This document shows, in pieces, positions 38,256 to 50,904 of a stretch of DNA of 64,000 nt (position 1 is the stretch's first letter; the number at the start of each line of letters is the position of its first letter). The position numbers were made by a program, and so were the translations under genes. A model generated the notes under the pieces. It did not search any database, was not told where the DNA came from, and was given only the letters and a program-made list of their open reading frames with translations. The DNA lies in the NCBI GenBank assembly GCA_951406725.2, contig OX597834.1, forward strand, positions 4,030,001-4,094,000, in the 5' to 3' direction. Origin of the DNA: Octopus vulgaris (lineage: Eukaryota).

Positions 38256-39309
38256 TATATATATATGAAACATCCACTTTTGCATGTTCACAAGTAACAT
38301 GATATTTCACCATGTTCAAACATGATCACATGGAAGATTGAAAACAAATCACACCTCTTGCATGACCAGTGCCCGGTGTCACGGTACTGAGAGAATAAAA
38401 TGCGTGCATACACATATACATTTATATATCTCTTTTTGTTTCAGTCATTTTTTTCTGTGGCCATGCTAGAGCACCCCCCTTGAAAAGTCTTAGTCAAACA
38501 AATCGACTCCAGGACTCCTTTTTATCTTAAGCCTAGTACTTATTCTATCGCTAAGTTACGGGGACACAAGACATAGAAATACCACTTGTCAGGTGGTATC
38601 TGGGGAACAAACACACACAAAATGACACACACACACACACATTACCAGCATGCTCTAGATAAGTTTATGAGTGAAACACATCAATTATGTAATAATAAAC
38701 CAAGTTATATCACTCGAAAAGATGCCTCTGCACTGCGGAGAACACTGGAATTCACTGTATAGTTTCCCATCCACAAAGGATGCGTTGTAACAATCATTGT
38801 GATAAATAAAGCTTCCACTATATTCTATCTCCCATATCACTTGTTTCTACTATACATATATGTATGACAGGCTTCTTTTAGTTTTCGTCAAGGCTTTGGT
38901 CAGCCCAAGGCTATAGTAGGAAACTTGCCCAAGGTGCCACACAGTGGGACTGAACCTGGAAACATGTGGTTGGGAAGCAATCATTTTACCACACAGCCAT
39001 GTCCGTTTTCCATGCTAGCATGGGTTGGATGGTTCAACCGAGGTCTGGGAAGCCAGGAGGCTGCACAGGCTCCAGTCTGATCTGGCAGTGTTTCTACGGC
39101 TGGATGCCCTTCCTAACGCCAACCACTCCATGAGTGTAGTGGGTGCTTTTTACGTGCCAGACAAGGCTGGCAAACGGCCACGATCGGATGGTGCTTTTTA
39201 CATGCCACCGGCACAGAAACCAGTCGGGTCAGCGCTGGCAACGGCCACATTCGGATGGATCTCTTATGTGCCACCAGCACTGGTATCACAGCTACATTGA
39301 TGTTGATTG

Positions 39310-39342
<33 letters not shown>

Positions 39343-39807
39343 AACGCACACACACACGTGTGTGTGTGCATACGAACACAGAAACGTGTGTCATATTTTA
39401 CCTATTTCAGTCACTAGACTGTGGCCATGCTGGGGCACAACCTCGAAGAATTTTAGTCAAATGAACCAACCCCAGTGCTTATTTCTTCAGCTTGGTACTT
39501 ATCCAAGTGGTCTCTTTGTAATGAACCGCTTAGTTAAAGAAACATAAACAAACCAGCACCGGCTATCAAGTGGTTGCAGCGCACAAACACACAGACAGAA
39601 ATACAAACACACACATACAAACATACGATGGGCTTCTTTCAGTTTCCGTCTACCAAATTCACTCACAAGGCTTTGGTCAGTCTGGGGTTATAGTAGAAGA
39701 CACAAAACACGTCACACAGTGGGACTGAACCCACAACCATGTGGTAGAGAAGCAAACTTCTTACCATACAGCCATATACACATGCACACATACACTCTCA
39801 TATATAC

Positions 39808-39869
<62 letters not shown>

Positions 39870-40053
39870 GTCCAGACCACCAGCCCTCATTCACACGCAC
39901 ATACATATTCTCTTATACACACACGCACCTTTGTGTTGAGGGCTCCTTCGTGTTGGAGGTCATCTTGACCTTGTTATCTCAGACGAGTCAGACGCCATGA
40001 TAGATCGTTAGCCACAACACACATTTTTTTTCTCTCCTTGTTTTTTCTGTGTA

Positions 40054-40091
40054 TCTTTCTGTAGAAGAGCGTAGGCTCGAAACGTAAAAGA
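40054..40091 (+). ncRNA. Minimal type I hammerhead ribozyme motif (core variant CTGTAGA)
   Basis: TCTTT-CTGTAGA-a-GAGC-gtag-GCTC-GAAAC-GTA-AAAGA, with perfect stems I and II. Confidence 0.72.
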
Positions 40092-40293
40092 CTTTTTCTA
40101 TTCCTGAGCGTTATACTAACACATCTGTTTGTTTTGTACACCACCTGTCTTCGGCTTTTGTTTATTTTCGTAAACTTTCCCTTTTTATACATATATATAT
40201 AAAGTTAATCCAAACAAGAAAGCACAAAAAAACACAACAACGCGAGGACGTGGAACAAATATAGTATTATTGGACGCTCAGGAAAGAAGGAGG

Positions 40294-40328
40294 GTTTAAC
40301 GTTTCGAGCGGAGCTCTTCGTCGGAAAC
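40294..40328 (-). ncRNA. Minimal type I hammerhead ribozyme motif (core variant CCGACGA)
   Basis: Minus strand GTTT-CCGACGA-a-GAGC-tcc-GCTC-GAAAC-GTT-AAAC, with perfect stems I and II. Confidence 0.72.
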
Positions 40329-40829
40329 ATAGGAGAAGGAAAGGTCCAGAGAAGGGAAAACAGAGGGAAAAAAAAATCGCCAACGGTACACACGAGGTCA
40401 CATTTTGAAACACACACACGTGCATACAAATACATACATGTCTGTGGAAATGTGTTATCCTTCACCTAGTAAAAGGAAGAAGGGTTAGTTTCAGAAAGGG
40501 CAACCATGGAAAAATGAAAGTAAAAAGGAAAAGAAAGAACACACACACACATCATTTCTAAATGCAGTGTGAAAATAAGTTTAATATTTAATTCCATATA
40601 TATTTTAAGAGTGAGTGTGTGTGAAATTGATATAATTTACAATAAAATTTTTGTTTCATTTTCAGTAAAACACCCAATTACTTCAGAGCATCTCGGACAG
40701 TCACTCCCTCCCAATCCGTTTGGTGTTTTAATTTTCCTCATTTCAAACACAAAAGACACGGAACAACCTAAAGAGAGACAGCCTTCAATACTTCTTTCCA
40801 TATATTCCTTGGTCTCTTCCTTCCACTTT

Positions 40830-42340
40830 AAGTGATCAGCACTTCTTTATCTAACAGACCTTGTCCATATGCATCATTTGACCAAATCAGCACAGTCTTA
40901 CCTCTTGTATTTCTGCATCCATTTCTTCTTATGCCTAACTTTTCTCTCATTACACAAGTGCTCTGTTGCACATGTACATTCACACTGCACATCCAACAAA
41001 AAATACCAGCTTCATTCCTCTCCAGTTTTTGCATGTCCTCTGCATTCAGGGCCCATGTCTCACCACCATGTAACATTGCAGTTCATACACAGGCATCATA
41101 CAATCTTCCTTTTACTCAGATATAGAGAGACATTCGGTTGTCAAGAGAGGTTAAAGCTCTGAACTTTCTCCATCCTATTCTTATAGCAACTACATTTTTG
41201 GTACTTCCTCCTCCACTACTAATTAGGTTACCTAGGTAGCAGAAATTACCTATCTACTAAGACCTTGGTCTTTGCTAAGTTAACCTTAAGACCCTTTGAT
41301 TCCAGGTTTTGCCTCTACACCTGGGACTTCTTTTCTGGTTCTGTTCCAGATTCTACTATGAGGGCATATAGTAATTCCAGTCTTAAATTCCTTTGTTGTG
41401 GCCTGAAGGACTATGATGAATAGGAGGGGGCTGAGGAGCAAGCCTTGGTGAACACCTACCTACCTGTATACTAAATTTGTCACTGTACCCATGGTTAACT
41501 CTTACCTTACTAACAGCACCCCTGTACATGACCTGTACAGCTTTCACAAGCCACTCATCTACCCCTGACTTCCTCAGAGACCACCATATCACACAGTGGG
41601 TACTCTGTCAAAGGCTTTCTCCAAGTCAACAAATGTTCAGTACAATTTATTCTTAGCTACATACTTCTCTTGCAGTGACCAAACTATGAAAACAGCATCA
41701 GTAGTGTTTCTCCCCAAGACAAAGCCAAAATGCATTTCATCTCGTCTAATTCTGTTCCTAAATAACTGGGTTATAACTTTCTCCATAACCTTCATTAACT
41801 GGTCCAGCAATTTGATGCCTCTATAATTCTGTCCAAGGCCTCTCCCTTACTCTCATAGCAGCTGACTGTGATGCTGTTACACCAGTCATTAGGGATAACA
41901 CTTTCCTAAATAACCTAATTAACTATACAGTTGACTAGACCAAACCCAACTCTACCAGATATTTTAAGTGTCTCAACAGGGATTCCTGATGGATCAGGAA
42001 CTTTCCCTGTCTTCATATCGGATACCGCTTACGCCCAACTTCTCTCTCAAGATGCTTACACTCTGTCAAACATGCACACTGACATTGCACATCCAGCGAA
42101 GCATACTGGCTTCATTTCTTTCAAGCCTATGCATGTCCTCGGCTGTCACAGCCCATGTTTCACTGCCATGTAGCAGAGCTGTTCACACACAGGCATCAAA
42201 CAATATGCCTTTCAGTCAGAGAGAGAGGCCCTTTACTGCCAGCAGAGGGAAGAGCTCTCTGAACTTTGCCCAGCCTATTCTTATTCTCACAGCTATGCTC
42301 CCAGAGCAACCACCTCAGCTGCTAACTTGCTCACCTAGAT
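40830..42340 (-). mobile_element. RTE LINE reverse transcriptase fragments (two pieces)
   Basis: Remnants FVDLEKAFDRVP, IWWSLRKSGVDEWLV, FGFVLGRNTTDAVFIV and MLHGGETW. The C-terminal part recurs at about 42040-42340. Confidence 0.9.
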
Positions 42341-42359
42341 ATATATATACTTTTTTACT

Positions 42360-42753
42360 ATTTTACTTGTTTCAGTCATTTGACTGCGGCCATGCTGGAG
42401 CACCGCCTTTAGTCGAGCAAATCGACCCCGGGAGTTATTCTTTGTAAGCCCAGTACTTATTCTATCGGTCTCTTTTGCCGAACCGCTAAGTGACGGGGAC
42501 GTAAACACACCAGCATCGGTTGTCAAGCAATGCTAGGGGGACAAACACAGACACACAAACATATACACAAACACTTTTATATATATACATATATACGACA
42601 GGCTTCTTTCAGTTTCCGTCAACCAAATCCACTCAGAAGGCATTGGTCGGCCCGGGGCTATAGCAGAAGACACTTGCCCAAGATGCCACGCAGTGGGACT
42701 GATCCCGGAACCATGTGGTTGGTTAGCAAGCTACTTACCACACAGCCACTCCT
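42360..42753 (-). mobile_element. CORE-type SINE inserted at the end of an RTE fragment
   Basis: Reverse complement of the 24651 family. Other minus copies lie at about 9060-9390, 13075-13470, 18285-18630, 20118-20507, 38435-39000, 39400-39775, 43535-43948 and 51935-52305. Confidence 0.85.
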
Positions 42754-42949
42754 GCTGTGTTATGCTTGTAAATATATATATTTACAAACATAACAGTATA
42801 CACATAATTATGTGCACAAATTATAATCCATGTATTACGATGTGTGGGGCATGGTTGAGAAAGACACCAGCTACTCTGCCTGCAACACCAAGGCTGAGCA
42901 GCCAGCCAAGATCAAGGAGGTGTTCAAAGAACTTGTCAGGGACAGTGAG

Positions 42950-43215
42950 AGATGCATGCTGCAGGATTACCCCAGACAACAGGACATGTGCAACCTGTGG
43001 AAAGGTGTGTCGTTCAGTTGGAGGATTAAAAACACATGTCAAAAGACTCCATTCTGTGGCACTGGTTCCTTCTGCCAGCCAGCACAATTCTGCATTATGT
43101 AACAAAATGTGCAAATCTTTGGCAGGACTCAACAGTCATATAAGGACTTCACACTGCATTACCAATGACTCATTTCAATGATTCATTCTAGTAATGGCTT
43201 TGCTTGGATACAAGA
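42950..43215 (+). mobile_element. RTE/BovB-type LINE C-terminal C2H2-like zinc-finger remnant
   Basis: TCATCGKVCRSVGGLKTHVKRLH and LCNKMCKSLAGLNSHIRTSH, adjoining a mariner fragment (42830-42960). Confidence 0.6.
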
Positions 43216-43396
43216 AGGAAGCATGCAAATGTGTAGGTTAATGTATGCATGTACATCATCATCATCATCGTTTAACATTCACTTTCCATGCTGGCATGGG
43301 TTGGACGATTTTGACTGAGGGCTGGCGAACCAGATGGTTGCACCAGGCTTCAATCTTGATTTGGCAGAGTTTCTACAGCTGGATGCCCTTCCTAAC

Positions 43397-43440
<44 letters not shown>

Positions 43441-43733
43441 CTGTATCTGTATATATAAATGCATGTATTTTTATATATAATGTTGCATGGGTCAATTTAA
43501 ATTCTAAGTTACATACTTTTTCTTTCTTTCTTTTTCTTTTTACTTGTTTCAGTCATTTGACTGCGGCCATGCTGGAGCACCGCCTTTAGTCGAGCAAATC
43601 GACCCCGGAACTTATTCTTTGTAAGCCCAGTACTTATTCTATCGGTCTCTTTTGCCGAACCGCTAAGTGACAGGGACGTAAACACACCAGCATCAGTTGT
43701 CAAGCAATGCTAGGGGGACAAACAAACACACAA

Positions 43734-43782
<49 letters not shown>

Positions 43783-46384
43783 TACGACAGGCTTCTTTCA
43801 GTTTCCGTCTACCAAATCCACTCACAAGGCATTGGTCGGCCCGAGGCTATAGTAGAAGACACTTGCCCAAGATGCCACGCAGTGGGACTGAACCCGGAAC
43901 CATGTGGTTGGTTAGCAAGCTACTTACCATACAGCCACTCCTGCGCCTATACGTTTACTTATGTCTGCAAATAAACAGCAGTGTACGAGCAATCATGAAA
44001 TATTTCTGTATGAATGTGTATTCAAGTAGTATAGTTTGCATGAGGGATTTTCTGATACAGACGTGTTTTTAATATATTTTTTTAGACCTAAAAATCCACA
44101 ATGTGAATCATAAGAAATAATACAATTTGATGGTCTGTACTTTTACTCTGTATTTCGATATTTCATGGTTAGGTAGTTATGAGCCTCTGTTTGAAGTGTG
44201 AGTACACTTCTACCGTGAAATACACAGTACTTTTACCTATTTCTTTACTGCCCACAAGGGGCTAAACACAGAGGGGACAAACAAGAACAGACAAATGGAT
44301 CAAGTCGATTACATCGACGCCAGTGCGCAACTGGTACTTAATTTATCGACCCCGAAAGGATGAATGGCAAAGTCGACCTCGGTGGAATTTGAACTCAGAA
44401 TGTAACGGAAAACGGAATACGGCTACGCATTTCGCCCAGTGTGCTAATGATTCTGCCGGCTCGCTGCCTTATACAGTACTTTTACCATTAAATACCAGGT
44501 AAAATGCAAACCATGAACTATTATTTTTATAACTCGCATTGTTTTGGCTTAAAAAATTAAGAACTTACACACACACACACACACACACACACACTTAAAT
44601 ATATATAATATGCTGAAATGTGTGAGCGTGTAAGAGTATTAATCAACTGCAAAGTTAAGTAAGTGATTCAAGGTCTCTGAGATTCCCATGCATTGCACTT
44701 TCCAACTAAATTATAAATCAAATTTTCTTTATATGCACAAAAAATAAAAGATGATTGTTAAAAGGTTTATGTGTGTGTGTTTCAGCCATGTAGCTGGTGT
44801 CATGCAGGAGCACCACAGCACAAATAACCTCTGAAGCTGGTGAGATTGATTCTATTAACATCTTGCTTGTAAGTCAATGGTTTACAAGATATGTTCCGAA
44901 AAGGGAGAACTGGGCACAGCATCCTTGAGAGAGGGATGCAAGATAAGCAACGAGAGTAGATGCGACAACTGAACCAAGAGTCGTTATGGGGAAGTGGCAT
45001 GAGGTCAAGCCATCAGAGGACTCCACTAATTATTGGTGTTGAAAATTTAGATATTATTTTGTATAGATAGCTTGAATTACTACCGTGAAATATTGAACCA
45101 TGATTAGAGATGATGGAAATTCTTAATTTTAACATATACAAGCAGACATACATATATACAGACTGGTATACATATAAACCATTACACACACACACACACA
45201 CATGCTTATATTTAAATAAATAAGAATACTCACACATAAATATTCTCATCACAGTGTTTTAAAACAAGTAAAAACATTAATTAGTTCCTCACAATTTCAT
45301 CAAAAAGAGCCGTTAATGTTACGAGACCGCATAAAGTCAAATGTTCAACACAGATTTTTACCTCCGACTGACACAACTTAATTTTTTGTTTTGTTTTTAA
45401 TGTTCTTATTATTATCTTAGTTTACCTTCTTTTTTTTTTTTTGCCTTTAGGTAAACATTAAAACAGGTATAGTCAGAAACTAAGCTTCTACATCATCAAC
45501 AATAGATTTTCTTTTCTCATAACGAGTAGAATGAGAAGCTATAATTATCATTGGTTGGTATTTATGTCATTGTTAATACGGATCAGCAATCAGAGAAAAT
45601 CAAAATCTGAAATTAAGCCTACCTAAGTGATGCTCACCTCTAACTCTCAAAACCAAAGTTAAAGATTAAAAATCTTTACATAAAACTAACCAACGAACTG
45701 TTTCTTTTTACAATTATTATATTTATTTTTTCCGCGTTTTGGGAAGATATTTTGTAATCACTTATTTTCAGAATTCTAATTCATTTTAACTCTTCCTTTT
45801 GCATTTCAGCATCAGTTCAACCAATTCTGCTTCTCCTCAGAAGAAATCCATTCTGTAAATACACTGTAAGCAAGGTTACAAGGAGCCAAGCCTATGATGG
45901 AGGTTTGATTCTTCCTTTTACTTCATATTACTAAACTGAAGTCATTATCTATTACCTCAACTACCAATATTCAAGAGAATGGCACCAGTTACACATCTCC
46001 ATGCTCTGTATTCAAAATATTTCAATATATCAAGATTTTCTTTTACTTCAAAATTCAAATCTTATTGGAGTTGACTGCTATTTAACACACTTGAGCCTAC
46101 ATAATAAATCAATATAATCAACTACACAACTCATCAGGAGAAAAGAAAAAAACATATACTCTGATTAAAGTGACATTATCTAGACAATTGACTGAAAAAT
46201 GATGAGCTTATGCAGGCTGGATCCGAACCCACATATCAACACTAACATGGCTCCATGTACATCCGATTGAGCCAGAATGCTCACTCATAAATTTCAGTCA
46301 AATTTTATGCCTAGATATTTAACTGTCTTGTACTACATTTAATATTTGTAGACAAAGCCAAAGGCTCAATAAGTTATGCTCTTT

Positions 46385-47101
46385 CTCCATAACATCACTA
46401 GTGATCACTCCAAACACCATGATGCTGGCTGGATGTTTGATTTGTTATCACTCTCAGTACATGTTTTAGGGACACAGCAAGCCAACGGTTGTCCTGGCAG
46501 AAATTTTTCTCGTCTGAGAAAAACCAAAGCATGTTCGGTTGGAAGGGGTGCCTCAGTTTGTTCAAAAGCTCCATAGCACAGTCTTTCCTTTTGTCCTTGA
46601 TGGCTTGGGATAAAAAACTGGCCCTTTCTCATCTTGTATGAGGAATATTGAATGCCTTCATGCACTACCTGCTTAATAAGAAACTCAGACACTCCCATAT
46701 CCTTGGTGATGGACCTGACTGATTTGGAGGGATCATTGTCAATCATTGCCTGGATATCACCAACAAATTCAGGAGTTCTTTTCTTATCAGAGCAATCAGA
46801 GTGAGTTTTCCAAGCTGCCATATCTTCGCAATCACCATTAGACTCATCCAAATCTTTCCAAATCCTCTGCACTGTCTTCAAACAGACACCCAAACACTCT
46901 AAAATCTTCATATATGAACTTCTGGCACGAATGCCAAGTGATACAGCATGAGGTTTCCAAATTTCTGGCAGACTGAATTGTGTCATGGTACTGTTTTTCC
47001 CACAGATGGTGCCCAACTGACCCTACTATACTGTGTAGTCAACAATATCAAAAACAATGCACGAAATTTAAAATATAAAATGACGACAATTTACCCATCG
47101 C

Positions 47102-47107
<6 letters not shown>
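46385..47107 (-). mobile_element. Second copy of the same Tc1/mariner family, 5' part
   Basis: ORF 46405-47016 is homologous to 36975-37376, and the TIR abuts (TA)n. Confidence 0.88.
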
Positions 47108-47147
<40 letters not shown>

Positions 47148-47179
47148 GGTATATATATATACACACACACACACACAGA

Positions 47180-48060
47180 CATGACAGAAGTAAATAGACA
47201 CCCCATAAAAAACAGTTTTATGTTTATTCTAACTTGTAATCGTTTATATTTTTTTTTATTAATTGACGTTTTTATGTTTCAGGTTCTGTATGTGACTGTT
47301 TACTCATGCCATGTACAAGAGAAGCCTTGGAACTGTCTGAATTTCAAAGCGACCATATTGTGGTCACTCTGAAGGTGGACATATTTAACATAAAATTGCA
47401 GAAAACCCTGGGATCCCACTTTCTACAGTTAATAATGTGACTGTGCAATTCACCAGAGAGGGGAAGGAGTCCACATCACCTCGCCCAGGTTGACCAGTGC
47501 CCTGTGACAGAACCCTTCTCTTTGTTAAGTGTGGAGGATAAACCTCACTGCAAGGCCTCTGACATAGCAGAACAAGTTGGTATCAATCCCAGAACAGCTG
47601 CCGAGTATCTCCACAAACTTGGTTACTAAAGCAGAGCAGCAAGAAGGAAGCCACTTCTTTGACCAGCCAATATCAAGCAGAGAAAATATTGGGCCAGTGA
47701 GATGGTGGAGAGGCCATTTGCTGTATTTTCTGACATTGGTCAAGTGTGGGTCTGGAGACACTGTAGTCAAGAATTTGATGTGAAAAGATTGCAGCCAACA
47801 ATGAAACATGGCAATTATTCTGTGATGGTCTGGAGAGCAATTTGGAGTAATGATCGAACAGAGCTGGTGGAGTGTGAGGGAAACATAAATTCAGATAAAT
47901 ATATGTCCATATTGCAGAAAAGACTCCTTCCAATCTTCTCAAGTGGTGAAATGATTAAAAAAAGACTATTTTTGGCTAAAATGACCCAAGATTTGTTGGA
48001 AGAGAATGGCATTAAAAAGCTTCCATGAACAAGCCAGTCACCCTATTGAACACCTCATGC
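47180..48060 (+). mobile_element. Decayed Tc1-family transposase (different family)
   Basis: KRLQPTMKHGNYSVMVWRAIW...VECEGNINSDKYMSILQ and the remnant SQSPY*(IEHL). Confidence 0.85.
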
Positions 48061-48808
48061 AGTTGTTCTAATAATATGTATTTCTTTATTGCCCACAAGG
48101 GGCTAAACATAGAGGGGACAAACAAGGACAGACAAACGGATTAAGTCAATTACATCGACCCCAGGGCGTAACTGGTACTTAATTTATCGACCCCGTAAGG
48201 ATGAAAGGCAAAGTCGACCTCGGCGGAATTTGAACTCACAAGGTGAGAGCAAATATGTCCATAGTTCATACCTATTTATGTTACCGTTAATCCCCACCCT
48301 CATCACAAGGCTCCCTTGGACCATTTCTTTTTACAATCCATTCCTCATTTTTACTATCATTCCTTCCCACTGACTGCTCTTTTCCATTCCTCCTCCAAAA
48401 GATACATCTTAAGATTGCCAATACTTTATATTTAACAACCTCTTTTAACTGTTATAATTCTCATTATCCTGTCATATCTGCTGTTGACACCACCCCAGCA
48501 TTTATACCTATTTCTTTATTACCCACAAGGGGCTAAACATAGAGTAGACAAACAAGGACAGACATAGGTATTAAGTCGATTACATCGACCACAGTGCGTA
48601 ACAGGTACTTAACTTATCAACCCCCGAAAGGATGAAAGGTAAAGTCGACCTCAGCGGAATTTGAACTCACAACGTAACGACAGACGAATTACGCCCCCCC
48701 CCCCCCTTGTGCTAACGCATTCCCCCCTCCCTGTGCTAACGTTTCTGCCAGCTCACCTCCCAAGCACTATAGTCATGTCTAAGCACCATCCATCTCTGTC
48801 ACTGTACT

Positions 48809-48846
<38 letters not shown>

Positions 48847-49523
48847 GTCCCTCACACCACTCTCCCACCCTGCACACCTCCATATCTTTCTTTAGCTACT
48901 TATGTGTTTGTTTCTCCTACAGACACACTCCTCCCTTCCTCTACTCCTACTTATCACCTCTTCCTTCCTGAGACATTCCTTTTCTTTCCCCCCTTCTCCC
49001 ATCACCTTGCCATACTGATATTTACCAGACCATGCGACCACCCAAGCAGCCACCCTTACTCCATTCACTTCATTTACCTCTACACCCATCCCTAACCATC
49101 TGTCCCTCTCTTCTCATACTCTAATGAACTTATCTACCCACAATTACCTATTCTCTCTTATACACCATCTTGAGGGTACACTCTGACACATCACCATCAC
49201 CACCATTGTCTTATAACCAGCGACTTTCACTCACCCTTCCATACAGTGGGGTACTTCTATAGCACCTGCACCTGATCCTCTAACATACTTTAGTCTCTCA
49301 AAACCTAGCATACAAAGGTTGGTTTCATCATCTTTAAGCAATCAGAAAACAGGATTTGTGTGTATTTTGCTGTGTACCTTAGAATGAAAGTAAACATTAG
49401 GAAACAAGTTTTAAACAAAGTGAGAGCAATGCATGAGAGATAACATCTAACACATAAAATAGACTTGTGTGTGTGTGTGTGTATTCGTTTTCCATGCAAA
49501 AATGGCTGCGTGGATTGCTTCCA

Positions 49524-49613
49524 TAATTAGGATGTGCGAATAATTTGACCTTGGATACATAATAGGCTCTCCAATTTATTTATTTCATTAAAAATAGATA
49601 ATATTGCTTTATA

Positions 49614-49656
<43 letters not shown>

Positions 49657-49699
49657 TCATCATCATCATCGTTTAGCGTCCATTTTACGATGATGATGA

Positions 49700-49740
<41 letters not shown>

Positions 49741-50118
49741 GTTTAATATTATTAGTGAATGGAATAAATGGAGTTGAACGAAGATTGTACAGAATACCTG
49801 AATGTAATAAAAGATATTCTGTACAATCTTCGTTCAACTCCATTTATTCCATTCACTAATAATATTAAACTTCAATTATCCGCTCCAACGCACGGTTGCA
49901 ACACCAAATGGTCTTATCTCCAACTGTGCTGTTTTCCGCTGTGATTTTTGCTACCCAGGTATCGGTTAAACCTTTGAATAATCTGTTACAAGAAAATTCA
50001 TCTTTCTATTTCAACAAATATATATATATATATATATAAAGCAATATTATCTATTTTTAATAAAAGAAATAAATTGAAGAGCCTATTATGTATCCAAGGT
50101 CAAATTATTCGCACATGC

Positions 50119-50124
<6 letters not shown>
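49524..50124. repeat. Nested inverted-repeat complex in (TA)n
   Basis: Outer arms 49524-49613 / 50036-50124. Inner perfect 60-bp arms 49737-49796 / 49815-49874. (ATC)n/(GAT)n hairpin at 49653-49703. Confidence 0.85.
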
Positions 50125-50156
<32 letters not shown>

Positions 50157-50904
50157 TCACTTCTTTAAAAAGGTTTCTCCAATGTCAACTTCCGGTGTTG
50201 AATTAGCAACAGCAAAATTTTCCGTTTTTATTTGTGAAATCTCTCACTGACTATTTTAATGTTTTCATTTCAAGTTTTAATTCCCTATTTGCCAAGTTCA
50301 CAAATTTCGCTTGAATCTGCACACTTCGCTAATTTCTGTAGTTTTTTATTTATTTATTTTTTGCATGCCATGTTCATGTTCAGCTCTATATATTTGCAGT
50401 CAGTCACACACGAGCACATGTGTTTTTGTATGTATGTTTGTATACATTTATGTATGTGTGTGTGTGAGAGAGAAAGAGAGTGAAGAGGTGTGTTGTCATG
50501 TATACATACATACGTAAATTCATATGCAAACATCTATGTATGTTTGTGTGTGCATGTGTGTGTGAAACAGAGAGTGATGTCTAAGTGGCACTCTCTCTTT
50601 CTCTCTCTCTCTCTCACAAAAATGCATGCATATTTATGTGTGTATGTATACATAACACACTCATCCACTCACTCTCTCTCTCTCTCACACACGTCCATTT
50701 CATCTGATGTTTGATACTGTCTGTGTCTGTGTGCGCCCATGCGTGCAGCGTTCCACATTCGACATTTATTTCAAGCACTCTTGTGAAGATATTCACGTAA
50801 CTCATTTTTTTCATTTAATCCCTATTTTACTTTTCAAAAAGTTTCCAAAGATGTAGATGATCAGTATTCTACAGGGAAGCAAAGACGAGTACAGGTAGAT
50901 GGAT

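Larger units (their letters stand above)
39975..40410. mobile_element. Two convergent hammerhead-bearing elements meeting at a TA tract
   Basis: Plus element about 39975-40187 and minus element about 40200-40410. The minus element is homologous to the plus copy at 21331-21450. Confidence 0.65.

Noticed and set aside
38640-38700. Additional hammerhead candidates (gagtGAAACacatc here; catcag at about 45011)
   Set aside because: Only one core box is present and no closing stems were found.
42693-43181. Host C2H2 zinc-finger gene
   Set aside because: The ORF is a chimera of SINE, mariner and LINE C-terminal sequence, and the second finger is broken.
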